A program made the position numbers and the translations under genes. From IMG/VR virus record IMGVR_UViG_3300021399_000131, positions 26,387-90,386 of that record: a stretch of 64,000 nt of DNA; one strand, given 5' to 3'. The notes under the pieces are model-generated. The model saw nothing but the letters and a program-made list of their open reading frames with translations. It searched no databases and was not told the origin of the DNA. Numbering within the stretch: the stretch's first letter is position 1; each line of letters opens with the position of its first letter. Source of the stretch: a virus. Its lineage: Duplodnaviria > Caudoviricetes. Shown here in pieces: positions 47,801 through 55,752 of the stretch.

Positions 47801-49917
47801 TAGAACTGATATTGAAGATAAGCTAATATTTCTGGTATATCAGTAGGTTTAGAATTGTAAGGGTCAGATATATAATTAGCAGTCCAATAGTGTTTACGTT
47901 CTCTTATATCATAATAAACATTATTAGTATCTTGAACTTTAGTTTTAGTTACGTTTAAAGTTATACCTTTTTTAGAATCGATTTGTATAGAAGTTTCATC
48001 GCTAGTTCTAATAAAAGTATTAGCTTGACTAACTAGATTTTTCATTATATCTATAATATCTGTTGAAGATGTTTGATCACCAACAGCAGTTATATAGTTA
48101 CCATTTCTAGTTACAGGCAAACCATTTATATTAGTATCAAAGTCTAATTCTTTTGTACCTATATTAATTTCTACTGTATCAGCATAAGTTTGCAACAGCG
48201 GATTAAAATCAGTTTCTTTATAATTAGCTACATATAGTTTATCTTTGAATGTAGTTATATTTTGAATATTATATAATTGAAAACTCGTATCAGTTAAATC
48301 TTCAATAGGTATTTCTTCTATATATGCTTGGTCATAATCAAAGTATATATTAGTTACACCCATATCAAAATGTTTCCAACTTCTAGCATAATTCTCATCA
48401 TCATGAGAAATAATAAAACCTATTTGGAATTTCTCATATTTTACAGGACTTTCAATAAGTTTTTCTACACTAAAACAAAAACTTCTACCTGCATCATAAT
48501 CTAAATTAATATAAGACAAACCACCTTGATTTGTCTTCTTACCTTCTCTACTACCAGCAAAAAGTTCTTTACTTGCTGGATACCAAGCAGTATAGTAATT
48601 TTCTCTTATTTGATAGCGAATAAAAAATTGATATGTTCCATTTGGTATAGGAGTTGTATGGTAACCAGTAAAATGCAAATTATAAACAGGTACTTCAGGA
48701 GTTTGAGTATAAACACTTTCATCGTCATTAATAGATGATTTATTAATGTTTATACTTTTGAATGGAATAAGAGTTTCATCATCTTTATACTCTCCTATAT
48801 TTAAAATAATGTCACCATTTAAATTAGTAACTGCATTACCAGTTATCTTTCCACCATGACCTGTCCAATTACAATTAATAGGAACAAACTCATTAGTATG
48901 TTCATCATAACAAACAATACTATAAACTACAGGTTTATTAACTATAGTAGTTTTAAGTTTTAAAAACAAATAGAATTTAGTATTATAAGGTATATATCCT
49001 AATATAGTATATTCAGAGCAACTACTAAAATATGTATAAAGATTAGAATAATTTTCAGTAAGATTATTATACTTTTCTATCTTAGCTTGATATGCATTAT
49101 TTTGCAATGTTGCTCCATTACTGATACTTCTAAAGTTTCTAAGACAATCTACAATATCATCAGAGAAATCTCTGACGAAAGCAGAAAGAACTTCATACAC
49201 AGCAGTGCTATAATAATTTCCTATTCTCTCATAAGGTCTTAAATCTACAAAATAAGTATTAAAGAAATTATCATCAAACTCTAAACTACTTTCATTTAAT
49301 AAAGTAGAAATCAAGTCATAGTATTCCTTATAATAAGTTTTATTTTCATCATACGTTGTAGAACCATCAGTCATAGCTCCTAAACCTGAATCACCAAATT
49401 TAGTTTCGTCATATTGCTCTGTAGTAGGATGCCATCTTTGTTGAACATCATTTCTAGCAACAGCATTAAAGAAATCAGCAGAAACAAAAGGAAATTTGAA
49501 TCTATTAGTTTTGGATGTCATAAGATTTAAAACTGCAGTATAATTATCAGTCTTAAAATTATCAACATCTTCAGGATAAAGTTCTATATAGTTTTTTGCT
49601 GTTACATACTGAGAATCATTAAACTTTTCAGTAGATACATAATCTTTAAGTTGTTGCAATTTATTAAACTCGTCTACTTCTATATTTATAGTACTACCAA
49701 TCTTAGTGTATTTATTAGCTTCTGCACTATATGCACTACTAAGAGTAAAACAAGTTTTAGCAATAACAGACATGTCTAAAGGAAGTCTAGTAAGACCAGT
49801 ATCTCTACTTATAGTACCATCTTTAAGTAGTCTAATATTTTTTGCAAATACTAGACTATTATTCTTAACTAACTGAGGAGTTTTATTTAAATTAAGTTCA
49901 CCTACTATATGTCCCAT
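44884..49917 (-). CDS. Tail muzzle / tail stabilisation protein
   Basis: 1677 aa, beta-rich; N-terminal LNLNKTPQLVKNNSLVFAKNIRL and C-terminal beta-propeller-like region (VPTNKGKITNL, YGYGGLQD, FVSLHDF). Confidence 0.7.
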   Translation of the reverse strand: MGHIVGELNLNKTPQLVKNNSLVFAKNIRLLKDGTISRDTGLTRLPLDMSVIAKTCFTLSSAYSAEANKYTKIGSTINIEVDEFNKLQQLKDYVSTEKFNDSQYVTAKNYIELYPEDVDNFKTDNYTAVLNLMTSKTNRFKFPFVSADFFNAVARNDVQQRWHPTTEQYDETKFGDSGLGAMTDGSTTYDENKTYYKEYYDLISTLLNESSLEFDDNFFNTYFVDLRPYERIGNYYSTAVYEVLSAFVRDFSDDIVDCLRNFRSISNGATLQNNAYQAKIEKYNNLTENYSNLYTYFSSCSEYTILGYIPYNTKFYLFLKLKTTIVNKPVVYSIVCYDEHTNEFVPINCNWTGHGGKITGNAVTNLNGDIILNIGEYKDDETLIPFKSININKSSINDDESVYTQTPEVPVYNLHFTGYHTTPIPNGTYQFFIRYQIRENYYTAWYPASKELFAGSREGKKTNQGGLSYINLDYDAGRSFCFSVEKLIESPVKYEKFQIGFIISHDDENYARSWKHFDMGVTNIYFDYDQAYIEEIPIEDLTDTSFQLYNIQNITTFKDKLYVANYKETDFNPLLQTYADTVEINIGTKELDFDTNINGLPVTRNGNYITAVGDQTSSTDIIDIMKNLVSQANTFIRTSDETSIQIDSKKGITLNVTKTKVQDTNNVYYDIRERKHYWTANYISDPYNSKPTDIPEILAYLQYQFYDSPFKNMGYNCYPIHLTTEDEGKYMYSAYEYNASDTYKGFANALYNVGHSSNWHYVTTDDDQWIDDVAALSGYKTWLKLNPAFPIAAIMDMSGALTFSENIDNVITSLFTTATAKINTNTNKIETSKFYARKFWYVKKVKDLSGTYSGHEQEYVEGIYRAEGLSDRQSDKPNYTSELYEIEISFDVNFDNIKIYDGNTIDTHETEIVEEMNNLTTLIPYQSYKFFIHYMNKNGEITNGYQIGNKEGITIEEPNALGTIIYPIFSNIMYPPGYNSCFISIQHYKDKVATIFNIHSLDNIKVGDCIDLDTRLVSPVSKLPIVSKNWSSGTLGNYYGSFDSTYLVLFGSSGKVVLVDNHFSPGYAFIDLPYTNDADDVKLVKCTPFIKDDSFGDYKEENLLGYIGLVKKPLDSLDLYYSDSDVYTKTITNDTISLADEIEVGVWSQYKDSNFYRVYSNYNLNFISLALDVVAKVKLIDEEGQEKPKATLVAINSIQLSDIYELKSMYYSYSRRYFRKFTSKNLTTFDNTVRSSKLEGDEAVVNIYRFESGDYYNVPTNKGKITNLAAVGESILVHTQDALFRFVGSNTITANGGEDVALKENQPFESGIQEMFGSQYGYGGLQDKRNSIITQAGYFFYDGDSNIIYGYAGDNKLGELSSPIEKLMNFSRVLNIDFACDFYNDRLFINIKFASGHFVTLSYNLKTNSFVSLHDFDYDHTITTKDKCYFLNTKNIYVVDSTAIGYKELDRYDDLFPNKIVDNIDGYNIKASIIDVIYNEQYQQVKVLESIQWTCKAVVEYANEWLSNIERVGRLKRYTLKPFMAEEYGEPYPGEWLRIYSDLASTDLNFINTRRNDFALYKTGNGEEVTELERDDDHTITSENAYKYPSYNLGIYSFNYFRNILNNQPLTVGAFTPKPYKEDLIYELESIDGRVDQYPNADLKSLIYGKYFIGRFVLDSRVNFKLENVMFITTPYK

Positions 49918-49919
49918 AA

Positions 49920-50711
49920 TTAATCTCTAGGTCTAAAAGTACTATTATAAAAGAAATTAGCCCAACCTTCATTTTTGTTTTTACTAATATCCATTTTAAC
50001 AGCATTAGCAGCTTTAGTTTTAAGAAGACTCCACTGAATAAAAGGATTAGTAACTTGACTGTTAGACTTTAAATCATATACTGGATGCTTACTTCCACGA
50101 CTTAAATATTTAAACATACAATACCAAGAAAGAGCTTCAAGAAGAAGACCATTGTCGTAGATATAAGGACACTCACAATTATAATATTCATCATAGTATG
50201 TAGCAGTTTCATAACTTTCTACAACTATGCTATCAGTATCAAAATTCAATTCTATGTTGTTTCCATCTAAAACAAAATTTCTACCACTAGCAGAAGTTAC
50301 AGTACCTATTAAAACAGTATTAACTCCTGACTTGTTGGTAGAATCAAATACACCTATTTCCTTGTTATCAGTATTTCCTACAGGGGTGCTAGTATTGCAT
50401 CTACAGTTATCAGCTTTACCAAAATTGTTATTACAATTACATCCTTTACTACTATCAAGTTCTTTTATTTCATTGCCATTACTATCATAAACTTTAAGTT
50501 CTGTAGCATTAAGTTCACAAGGAAATTGAGCTATTCGTTCTGATACTTCTAATGTTCTTCTTTTCTTTTCAGAAGGTAGAATTTTCATTTGTGAAAGAGC
50601 ATCAGTAACCCAAGCAGCAACTCTAGGAATCCAATCACTTTCACTAATATTAAAGTCATTGTCTATTTTTCCTATTAGTCGATGTAGCGTTAATTGATTT
50701 TTGAGCTTCAT
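49920..50711 (-). CDS. Tail ring / tubular protein
   Basis: LIGKIDNDFNISESDWIPRVAAW...ALSWYCMFKYL; position immediately upstream of the muzzle gene. Confidence 0.6.
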   Translation of the reverse strand: MKLKNQLTLHRLIGKIDNDFNISESDWIPRVAAWVTDALSQMKILPSEKKRRTLEVSERIAQFPCELNATELKVYDSNGNEIKELDSSKGCNCNNNFGKADNCRCNTSTPVGNTDNKEIGVFDSTNKSGVNTVLIGTVTSASGRNFVLDGNNIELNFDTDSIVVESYETATYYDEYYNCECPYIYDNGLLLEALSWYCMFKYLSRGSKHPVYDLKSNSQVTNPFIQWSLLKTKAANAVKMDISKNKNEGWANFFYNSTFRPRD

Positions 50712-51612
50712 TTCTTATAAATTTAGTATATAACATTTTATTAACTTTATTACAAAGAGTTAATTTAGTTTTTAAATCTACAGAAAGTTCACAAATTTTA
50801 TCAATATCGCCATTACATTCTTTTATCAGATCTTCATTAGTTTTACCTCTAACTTCAGCTCCTCTATAATCAGTAATGTCTAATTTAAGTTTTCTACCAT
50901 CTATAAGCTTGCAATTAATAAGAGGTATCTCATAACAATATTCATTATTCATAAACACTCTTACATCTTCAGCTTTGTATTCTAAACCATTTCTAGCACA
51001 CCAATCAGCTTCTTCTTTATTATAAATTCGTTTACCTTCTTTTATTAACTCTTCTTTTCTTCTTTTTGTAGCAGCATAATCTAAAGGTCTTTTAGGATTA
51101 TTTAGATGACAACGGTTAATACATATCCAACCCATATTGTTATCAAATACATAACCAGCACCATCTAATATTAACTTCTTATGAACCTCTGTATAATATG
51201 CTTTTAATATATCTTTGTATTGATACAAGCCTAAGCTTAATATCTTATCTACTAAAGCTAAATCCTTTTTGTATAAGTATATTTGTTTTTGATATTTAGC
51301 TAACTTATACAAATCATATAAGTCTGCAACCAACTCATATTCATCGCGTCTATTAACAAAAGCACCTTTACTCGCTTTAAGAAAAGTTCCAGTACTATAT
51401 TCATTATTAACAAACTCAGGATATTTTGTCAAATCAAAAGAATAGTCTTCTTTATATTTAGTTGCATTATCTTTTATTTCATTATATAATTGACTACATT
51501 CTTTTTCTAGTTCTTCTAGTTGTGTAGTAATATTATTTTTCTTGTCTTTACATACTTCCATAAGATGTTTATAGTATGTACGAAAATTAACAGGAGTATT
51601 TTTTATCGCCAT
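50656..51612 (-). CDS. Conserved crAss protein, possibly IHF/HU-like
   Basis: VHKKLILDGAGYVFDNNMGWICINR resembles an HU/IHF core; crAss-like phages carry IHF-like genes in this position (recalled). Confidence 0.45.
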   Translation of the reverse strand: MAIKNTPVNFRTYYKHLMEVCKDKKNNITTQLEELEKECSQLYNEIKDNATKYKEDYSFDLTKYPEFVNNEYSTGTFLKASKGAFVNRRDEYELVADLYDLYKLAKYQKQIYLYKKDLALVDKILSLGLYQYKDILKAYYTEVHKKLILDGAGYVFDNNMGWICINRCHLNNPKRPLDYAATKRRKEELIKEGKRIYNKEEADWCARNGLEYKAEDVRVFMNNEYCYEIPLINCKLIDGRKLKLDITDYRGAEVRGKTNEDLIKECNGDIDKICELSVDLKTKLTLCNKVNKMLYTKFIRNEAQKSINATSTNRKNRQ

Positions 51613-51614
51613 AA

Positions 51615-52304
51615 TTAACTAGCATATTGAATAGTTGAAGGAATTTCATTTGTTTCACGAACAGTAGAAAGTAAATCTCTCTTATAAATAATATCTTTAA
51701 TCTGTCCTAACATATCCTCTGAAATTAAATATTCGTTTTCATCCATGTAAGCATCAAAACCATCTATATCTCCATTTGTTATAGATATATAATTAGGATG
51801 TTCAAATGCTGACTCTATGATAATTTTATTAAAGTTTAAAGTTTTATTATCTGGTGGAAATATATAAAGATACTCGTTAATATAATCATAACAAGGCATC
51901 CCACATAATCCAGGAACAGCTCCTCTAAATCTAGCAGTAGTTTCTTTTATAAAAGGTATTTCCCTATTAGTTTTAAAACCAACAGTACTAACTCTATCAA
52001 ACGGCAAATTATTAACAAGACGAACAGGTCTAGGAACTTGTTGTTTAGTTCTTTTAATTTTAGTTATATCAATGTTTTCATAACCTTCAGGAAAAGTTAT
52101 ATCGCCATCATTGACATCTATAAGAGTAACTTTAAATCTCTGAGTAAGCTCTTTATCTACATAACCATGATTCTCAAAACTTCTTCTAATACACTCGTTT
52201 CTAGTTTGCACTACAAGAAGTTTAAGATTCTCACGAAGAGCTTTATTATTGGGCTGTTTTAAACTATGTGCTAGTTCACTTACAACCATTGCTAGACTTG
52301 CCAT
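51615..52304 (-). CDS. Tail ring / head-tail connector protein
   Basis: 229 aa; VPRPVRL...GFKTNREIPF...YDYINEYLYIF...FEHP; structural-gene context. Confidence 0.55.
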   Translation of the reverse strand: MASLAMVVSELAHSLKQPNNKALRENLKLLVVQTRNECIRRSFENHGYVDKELTQRFKVTLIDVNDGDITFPEGYENIDITKIKRTKQQVPRPVRLVNNLPFDRVSTVGFKTNREIPFIKETTARFRGAVPGLCGMPCYDYINEYLYIFPPDNKTLNFNKIIIESAFEHPNYISITNGDIDGFDAYMDENEYLISEDMLGQIKDIIYKRDLLSTVRETNEIPSTIQYAS

Positions 52305-52321
52305 ATCTCATTTAATTTAAA

Positions 52322-52401
52322 AAGTTGCTATAGACTAATTACTAAACTTTGAGAGAGGGAGGGAGAAATATAGAAAATAGCAATTACATCTATAGCAACT
52401 T
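52322..52401 (-). promoter_or_regulatory. Structured 5' leader: 13-bp inverted repeat around a GA/CT tract
   Basis: AAGTTGCTATAGA (52322-52334) / TCTATAGCAACTT (52389-52401) enclosing GAGAGAGGGAGGGAG. Confidence 0.5.
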
Positions 52402-52447
52402 GAAAATAATTAATAAAACTACTAACTTTACTAACTTTAATCACAAG

Positions 52448-52479
52448 CAAATATACAAAAAGGTTTTCACATAACCAAA
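52448..52479 (-). promoter_or_regulatory. Bacteroidota promoter pointing into the ring/muzzle/cargo operon
   Basis: Minus strand: TTTG (52476-52479), 20-bp spacer, TATATTTG (52448-52455). Confidence 0.7.
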
Positions 52480-52599
52480 CAAAATGGGTGAAATTTAGTG
52501 CCCTGCATAGCCTACAATGCACGAAAATTTTTCATCCTATGGACTTAACCTTTTAAAAATAAACGGCTTACAGAGTGATTTTAAAAGACATAATTATTC

Positions 52600-53010
52600 T
52601 TAATTACATTTATCGAAAACAACACAACTAACAGCATCAAACATTTGTTTAACAATATATCCTATAGTATATGCAGCATCTTCTCCTTTGTCAGGAATAC
52701 GATAATAACTAAATATACCTTGTTTGATATGCTCTGCTTCATGTACTATAGAAGACAAATATTCAGCTTTAGATGTGTGCCTATTAAATATAACAACACT
52801 ACATCTGTGTTTTAGAGAATTTATAGTAACACCATAAGCATCATGAGAGAGATGATATTTGATATTATCAATTTCCTCTACAGGGGTGCTAACATCTAAT
52901 AATTCTCTACGTACAATATTAAAATAGTCATAGTCTATATTATAATAAACTATGACTGTCCAATAATGTTTTATATTAAAAACTTGCTTAATCATATCAT
53001 ATCGTCCCAT
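52600..53010 (-). CDS. Cassette gene 6: small HExxH metallopeptidase-like protein
   Basis: SIVHEAEHIKQ followed by GEDAAY (third-ligand Glu position of minimal zincins). Confidence 0.7.
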   Translation of the reverse strand: MGRYDMIKQVFNIKHYWTVIVYYNIDYDYFNIVRRELLDVSTPVEEIDNIKYHLSHDAYGVTINSLKHRCSVVIFNRHTSKAEYLSSIVHEAEHIKQGIFSYYRIPDKGEDAAYTIGYIVKQMFDAVSCVVFDKCN

Positions 53011-53408
53011 TCAATAGGATTATCCATAAATACAGTATCAGCATAAAAACGATTAAACACAAAACCTTCTTCAGCGTCTACATCATCTAATACGTCTTTT
53101 ACATATTTTATAAGTTGGTCTTCACCTCTAATAGAAGAACCAAGAAAATCAGCTTTACACATATTAGCAACATAAACTGCATCATAAAGTTTATTACGTT
53201 TAATCTCAACTCTATATGTAGCCATAAGATTATCAACATCTTGTTTAGTATATGGAACAATCTTTTCTATTCGTCCATTAGGAGTTTTATGTTCCATTCT
53301 ACTTACAGCTTCATCACAAAGTTTTTTATTAAAGTGACAACCATAATTATTGATATAGATTTTCATTCCCTCAGGAATTTCATCATAACTACCAGTTCTT
53401 CTATTCAT
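52992..53408 (-). CDS. Cassette gene 5: conserved helical hypothetical protein
   Basis: YGCHFNKKLCDEAVSRM...YDAVYVANMCKADFLGSSI...NPIEWDDMI; recalled from Bacteroidales prophage clusters. Confidence 0.7.
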   Translation of the reverse strand: MNRRTGSYDEIPEGMKIYINNYGCHFNKKLCDEAVSRMEHKTPNGRIEKIVPYTKQDVDNLMATYRVEIKRNKLYDAVYVANMCKADFLGSSIRGEDQLIKYVKDVLDDVDAEEGFVFNRFYADTVFMDNPIEWDDMI

Positions 53409-53424
53409 AGCATTTTAATTTAAA

Positions 53425-53469
53425 GGTAGATTGATTACACCCCCTGTAGAAGGAATGTATCAATCTACC
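53425..53469. repeat. Intra-cassette hairpin with CCCCTGTAG in its apex
   Basis: GGTAGATTGAT (53425-53435) / ATCAATCTACC (53459-53469) perfect stem enclosing CCCCTGTAGAAGG. Confidence 0.75.
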
Positions 53470-53477
53470 ACAATTAA

Positions 53478-53699
53478 TTACCTACCCATTCTATATCTTG
53501 AACGATATGAACCTCCACGATATGAAGTATCACCTCTATACATAGGCTCTTCGTAATCATAATCAGATTCATCACCTTCCATTTCTTCCATCTTTTCTTC
53601 AAGACATTCGACTACTTCTTCAATGTCTTTCTTCATTCTTTTAACTTTACGAAGAAGATGCTTTGCTTCTTCAGCTGATTTATATCTAACAATAACCAT
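53478..53699 (-). CDS. Cassette gene 4: small coiled-coil protein with acidic and Arg/Gly/Tyr-rich tail
   Basis: ...EEMEGDESDYDYEEPMYRGDTSYRGGSYRSRYRMGR. Confidence 0.7.
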   Translation of the reverse strand: MVIVRYKSAEEAKHLLRKVKRMKKDIEEVVECLEEKMEEMEGDESDYDYEEPMYRGDTSYRGGSYRSRYRMGR

Positions 53700-53703
53700 A
53701 ATA

Positions 53704-54210
53704 TTATTTTTCTTTAGTTTCAGGTTTAAGAGCGTCTATTAATTGTTTTAATTGTCCACTTAGAGTATTCACTTGATTTTGTAGTTGACTAATAGTATCA
53801 TCTCTTTTAGCTTCCGCTGCAAGTTTAGGATTAACTGTCACAAGAATGTTTTTGCAATCTTCTGCTCTAAGTTTATGTCTATCATAACTTGCTATTATGG
53901 ATTCACTCTCTTGTAATGCATTAGTTAAATAATTAACAAGTGCATCTTTACTATCCATTAATACAAAACCATTATTACTAAAGTCTGCTACTGTAAGACT
54001 ACTAGGTATTTGAGTGAACTCTTTATCTTCTCCTTCTACTTTAACAGATATATCTACTGCATTATTTGTTGGATACATTGCCATAGGATTATATCTAGCT
54101 TGTCTTGCTATAGAAGGAGTAACTTTAATTACTTGACCAACAAGTAATTTATATCTATCTCTCACATCAAGAATGTAGAGATCTTGACCAGCACTTAAAT
54201 TTAGAAACAT
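53704..54210 (-). CDS. Cassette gene 3: beta-rich N-domain plus C-terminal coiled coil
   Basis: MFLNLSAGQDLYILD...IPSSLTVADF...LVTVNPKLAAEAKRDDTISQLQNQVNTLSGQL. Confidence 0.7.
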   Translation of the reverse strand: MFLNLSAGQDLYILDVRDRYKLLVGQVIKVTPSIARQARYNPMAMYPTNNAVDISVKVEGEDKEFTQIPSSLTVADFSNNGFVLMDSKDALVNYLTNALQESESIIASYDRHKLRAEDCKNILVTVNPKLAAEAKRDDTISQLQNQVNTLSGQLKQLIDALKPETKEK

Positions 54211-54229
54211 AGTTATACAATTTAATTAA

Positions 54230-54568
54230 TTATAATATCTGCATCTGATTGGCATTTTTATCATACCATATAAGATATACACCAGGACCAACTAAATCAG
54301 TACCTACAGCCTCAGTACCACCTTTAACAGTTAGAGGTTGAGTAAAGCTATTACTACTAAATATAATTGGAAGTGCGTCTCCTCCTGTAGGTATAGCAAC
54401 ATTTAATCTAAATGCAACAACACCATTAGCACTCAACGCTCTAAATACTCTGTTGGGAAGAGTTATAACAACGTTAGTATCAGTTACTGTAACTGCAGAA
54501 CTTTCAATCATAGGAATACCATTCCTATTAGCAAAGTTAAACGGATAATTAGTAGTAGCACCAAACAT
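54230..54568 (-). CDS. Cassette gene 2: small all-beta protein
   Basis: 112 aa of alternating beta strands ending GPGVYLIWYDKNANQMQIL. Confidence 0.7.
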   Translation of the reverse strand: MFGATTNYPFNFANRNGIPMIESSAVTVTDTNVVITLPNRVFRALSANGVVAFRLNVAIPTGGDALPIIFSSNSFTQPLTVKGGTEAVGTDLVGPGVYLIWYDKNANQMQIL

Positions 54569-54586
54569 AATGATAAGATGTTTTAA

Positions 54587-55603
54587 TTAGTTCCAAAAAT
54601 TAGTTTGTCCCCAAGCACCATAGTTATAACCAACATACGGAGTTGCATTAGCAGCTACAAGATTAGGCCATTGAACAGGTACAGTATTAGGTTGTTTAGC
54701 TGCAATAGCATCAATCTTATCATCTAAAGCATGAAAAGCTGCGTTGAATTGCAGAGTCTGCTTATCATTACTAATTTGATTCCTCAGCTGAGTAATAATA
54801 TCTCCCTGAGTATCAATCTTATTCTGAAGCTCACGTTCTTTCAAATCACAGAACTCTTTTGTAATCATTGTATTCTGATTAGCAATAGCATTTAAGATGC
54901 TAGTTGTATCACGTTCTGCTTGATTTTGAAGTGTATTAGTTTGCTGACAAATAGCAAGATTCTGGTCACCCTTAGCTTCTGCAAGCTGTAAACGAACATT
55001 AGCATCATGCTGAGCAAGTTGGAATTGAGCAGCATTAGCATTACGAGCAGCTTCAGCTTGTAATGTTGCAGTCTGATTAGCAGTTGCAAGACGATTCTCA
55101 CAGCAGCACTCACAAAGCTGACGACCAAGAGTAGCATTACCATTCTGAACTTCATTAATAACCTGAAGAGCAGTAAGACCAAAGCGTTCCCCGATAGAAG
55201 AAAGCTTAGCATTTGCATCAGCAATACCAGCCTTAACAAAGTCAACATTAGTATTTGTAATCTGAGCAAGCTGTGCAATAGCATCAGCACGACCATTAAG
55301 AGCCTGGAGAATCAAATCACGACCTTGGATGTTAGTAAGTTGATTAGAAATAAAGCCAGTACCTGCAACATCAGCAGCTGCAGCAACTCCATTTCCACCC
55401 CAACCTCCAAATCCTCCCCAACCATTTCCAAACATACTAAGGAAAGGAAGAATAAAAGGATACATAAACATCATCCACATCGGATTGTTCATACCACCGC
55501 CCCAACCATTATTAGCATTAAGGGCAGCAATAGTAGCATAATCAGCAATGTTACCACGTCCAGATTGTGAATCTGGAAAAACATAAACACCTTCTTGTGC
55601 CAT
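54587..55603 (-). CDS. Cassette gene 1: Gly/Trp/Met-rich hydrophobic N-terminus, long coiled coil, CECCCEN Cys cluster
   Basis: NNGWGGGMNNPMWMMFMYPFILPFLSMFGNGWGGFGGWGG; QLCECCCENRL; KERELQNKID...ITQLRNQISNDKQT; distinct, highly-expressed-type codon usage. Confidence 0.8.
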   Translation of the reverse strand: MAQEGVYVFPDSQSGRGNIADYATIAALNANNGWGGGMNNPMWMMFMYPFILPFLSMFGNGWGGFGGWGGNGVAAAADVAGTGFISNQLTNIQGRDLILQALNGRADAIAQLAQITNTNVDFVKAGIADANAKLSSIGERFGLTALQVINEVQNGNATLGRQLCECCCENRLATANQTATLQAEAARNANAAQFQLAQHDANVRLQLAEAKGDQNLAICQQTNTLQNQAERDTTSILNAIANQNTMITKEFCDLKERELQNKIDTQGDIITQLRNQISNDKQTLQFNAAFHALDDKIDAIAAKQPNTVPVQWPNLVAANATPYVGYNYGAWGQTNFWN

Positions 55604-55635
55604 AGTTTCATTGATTTGAATTTAATTAATAATAA

Positions 55636-55703
55636 GTTTAACTTCATCTCTAAATACGTATTTAAGATATTGCAAAGTTAAACACAAAAAAGCTATATTC
55701 AAA
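55636..55703 (-). promoter_or_regulatory. Bacteroidota promoter of the cassette with overlapping palindromic operator
   Basis: Minus strand TTTG (55700-55703), 19-bp spacer, TAACTTTG (55673-55680); perfect palindrome TAAATACGTATTTA (55651-55664) inside the IR GTTTAACTT (55636-55644) / AAGTTAAAC (55675-55683). Confidence 0.8.
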
Positions 55704-55715
55704 TCAATGCTAAAA

Positions 55716-55752
55716 TAAAACAAAAATAGCTAACTGATAAACAGTTAGCTAT
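55716..55752 (-). terminator. Intrinsic terminator after the HTH gene
   Basis: ATAGCTAACTG-ATAAA-CAGTTAGCTAT (55726-55752) followed on the minus strand by TTTTGTTTT. Confidence 0.8.
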
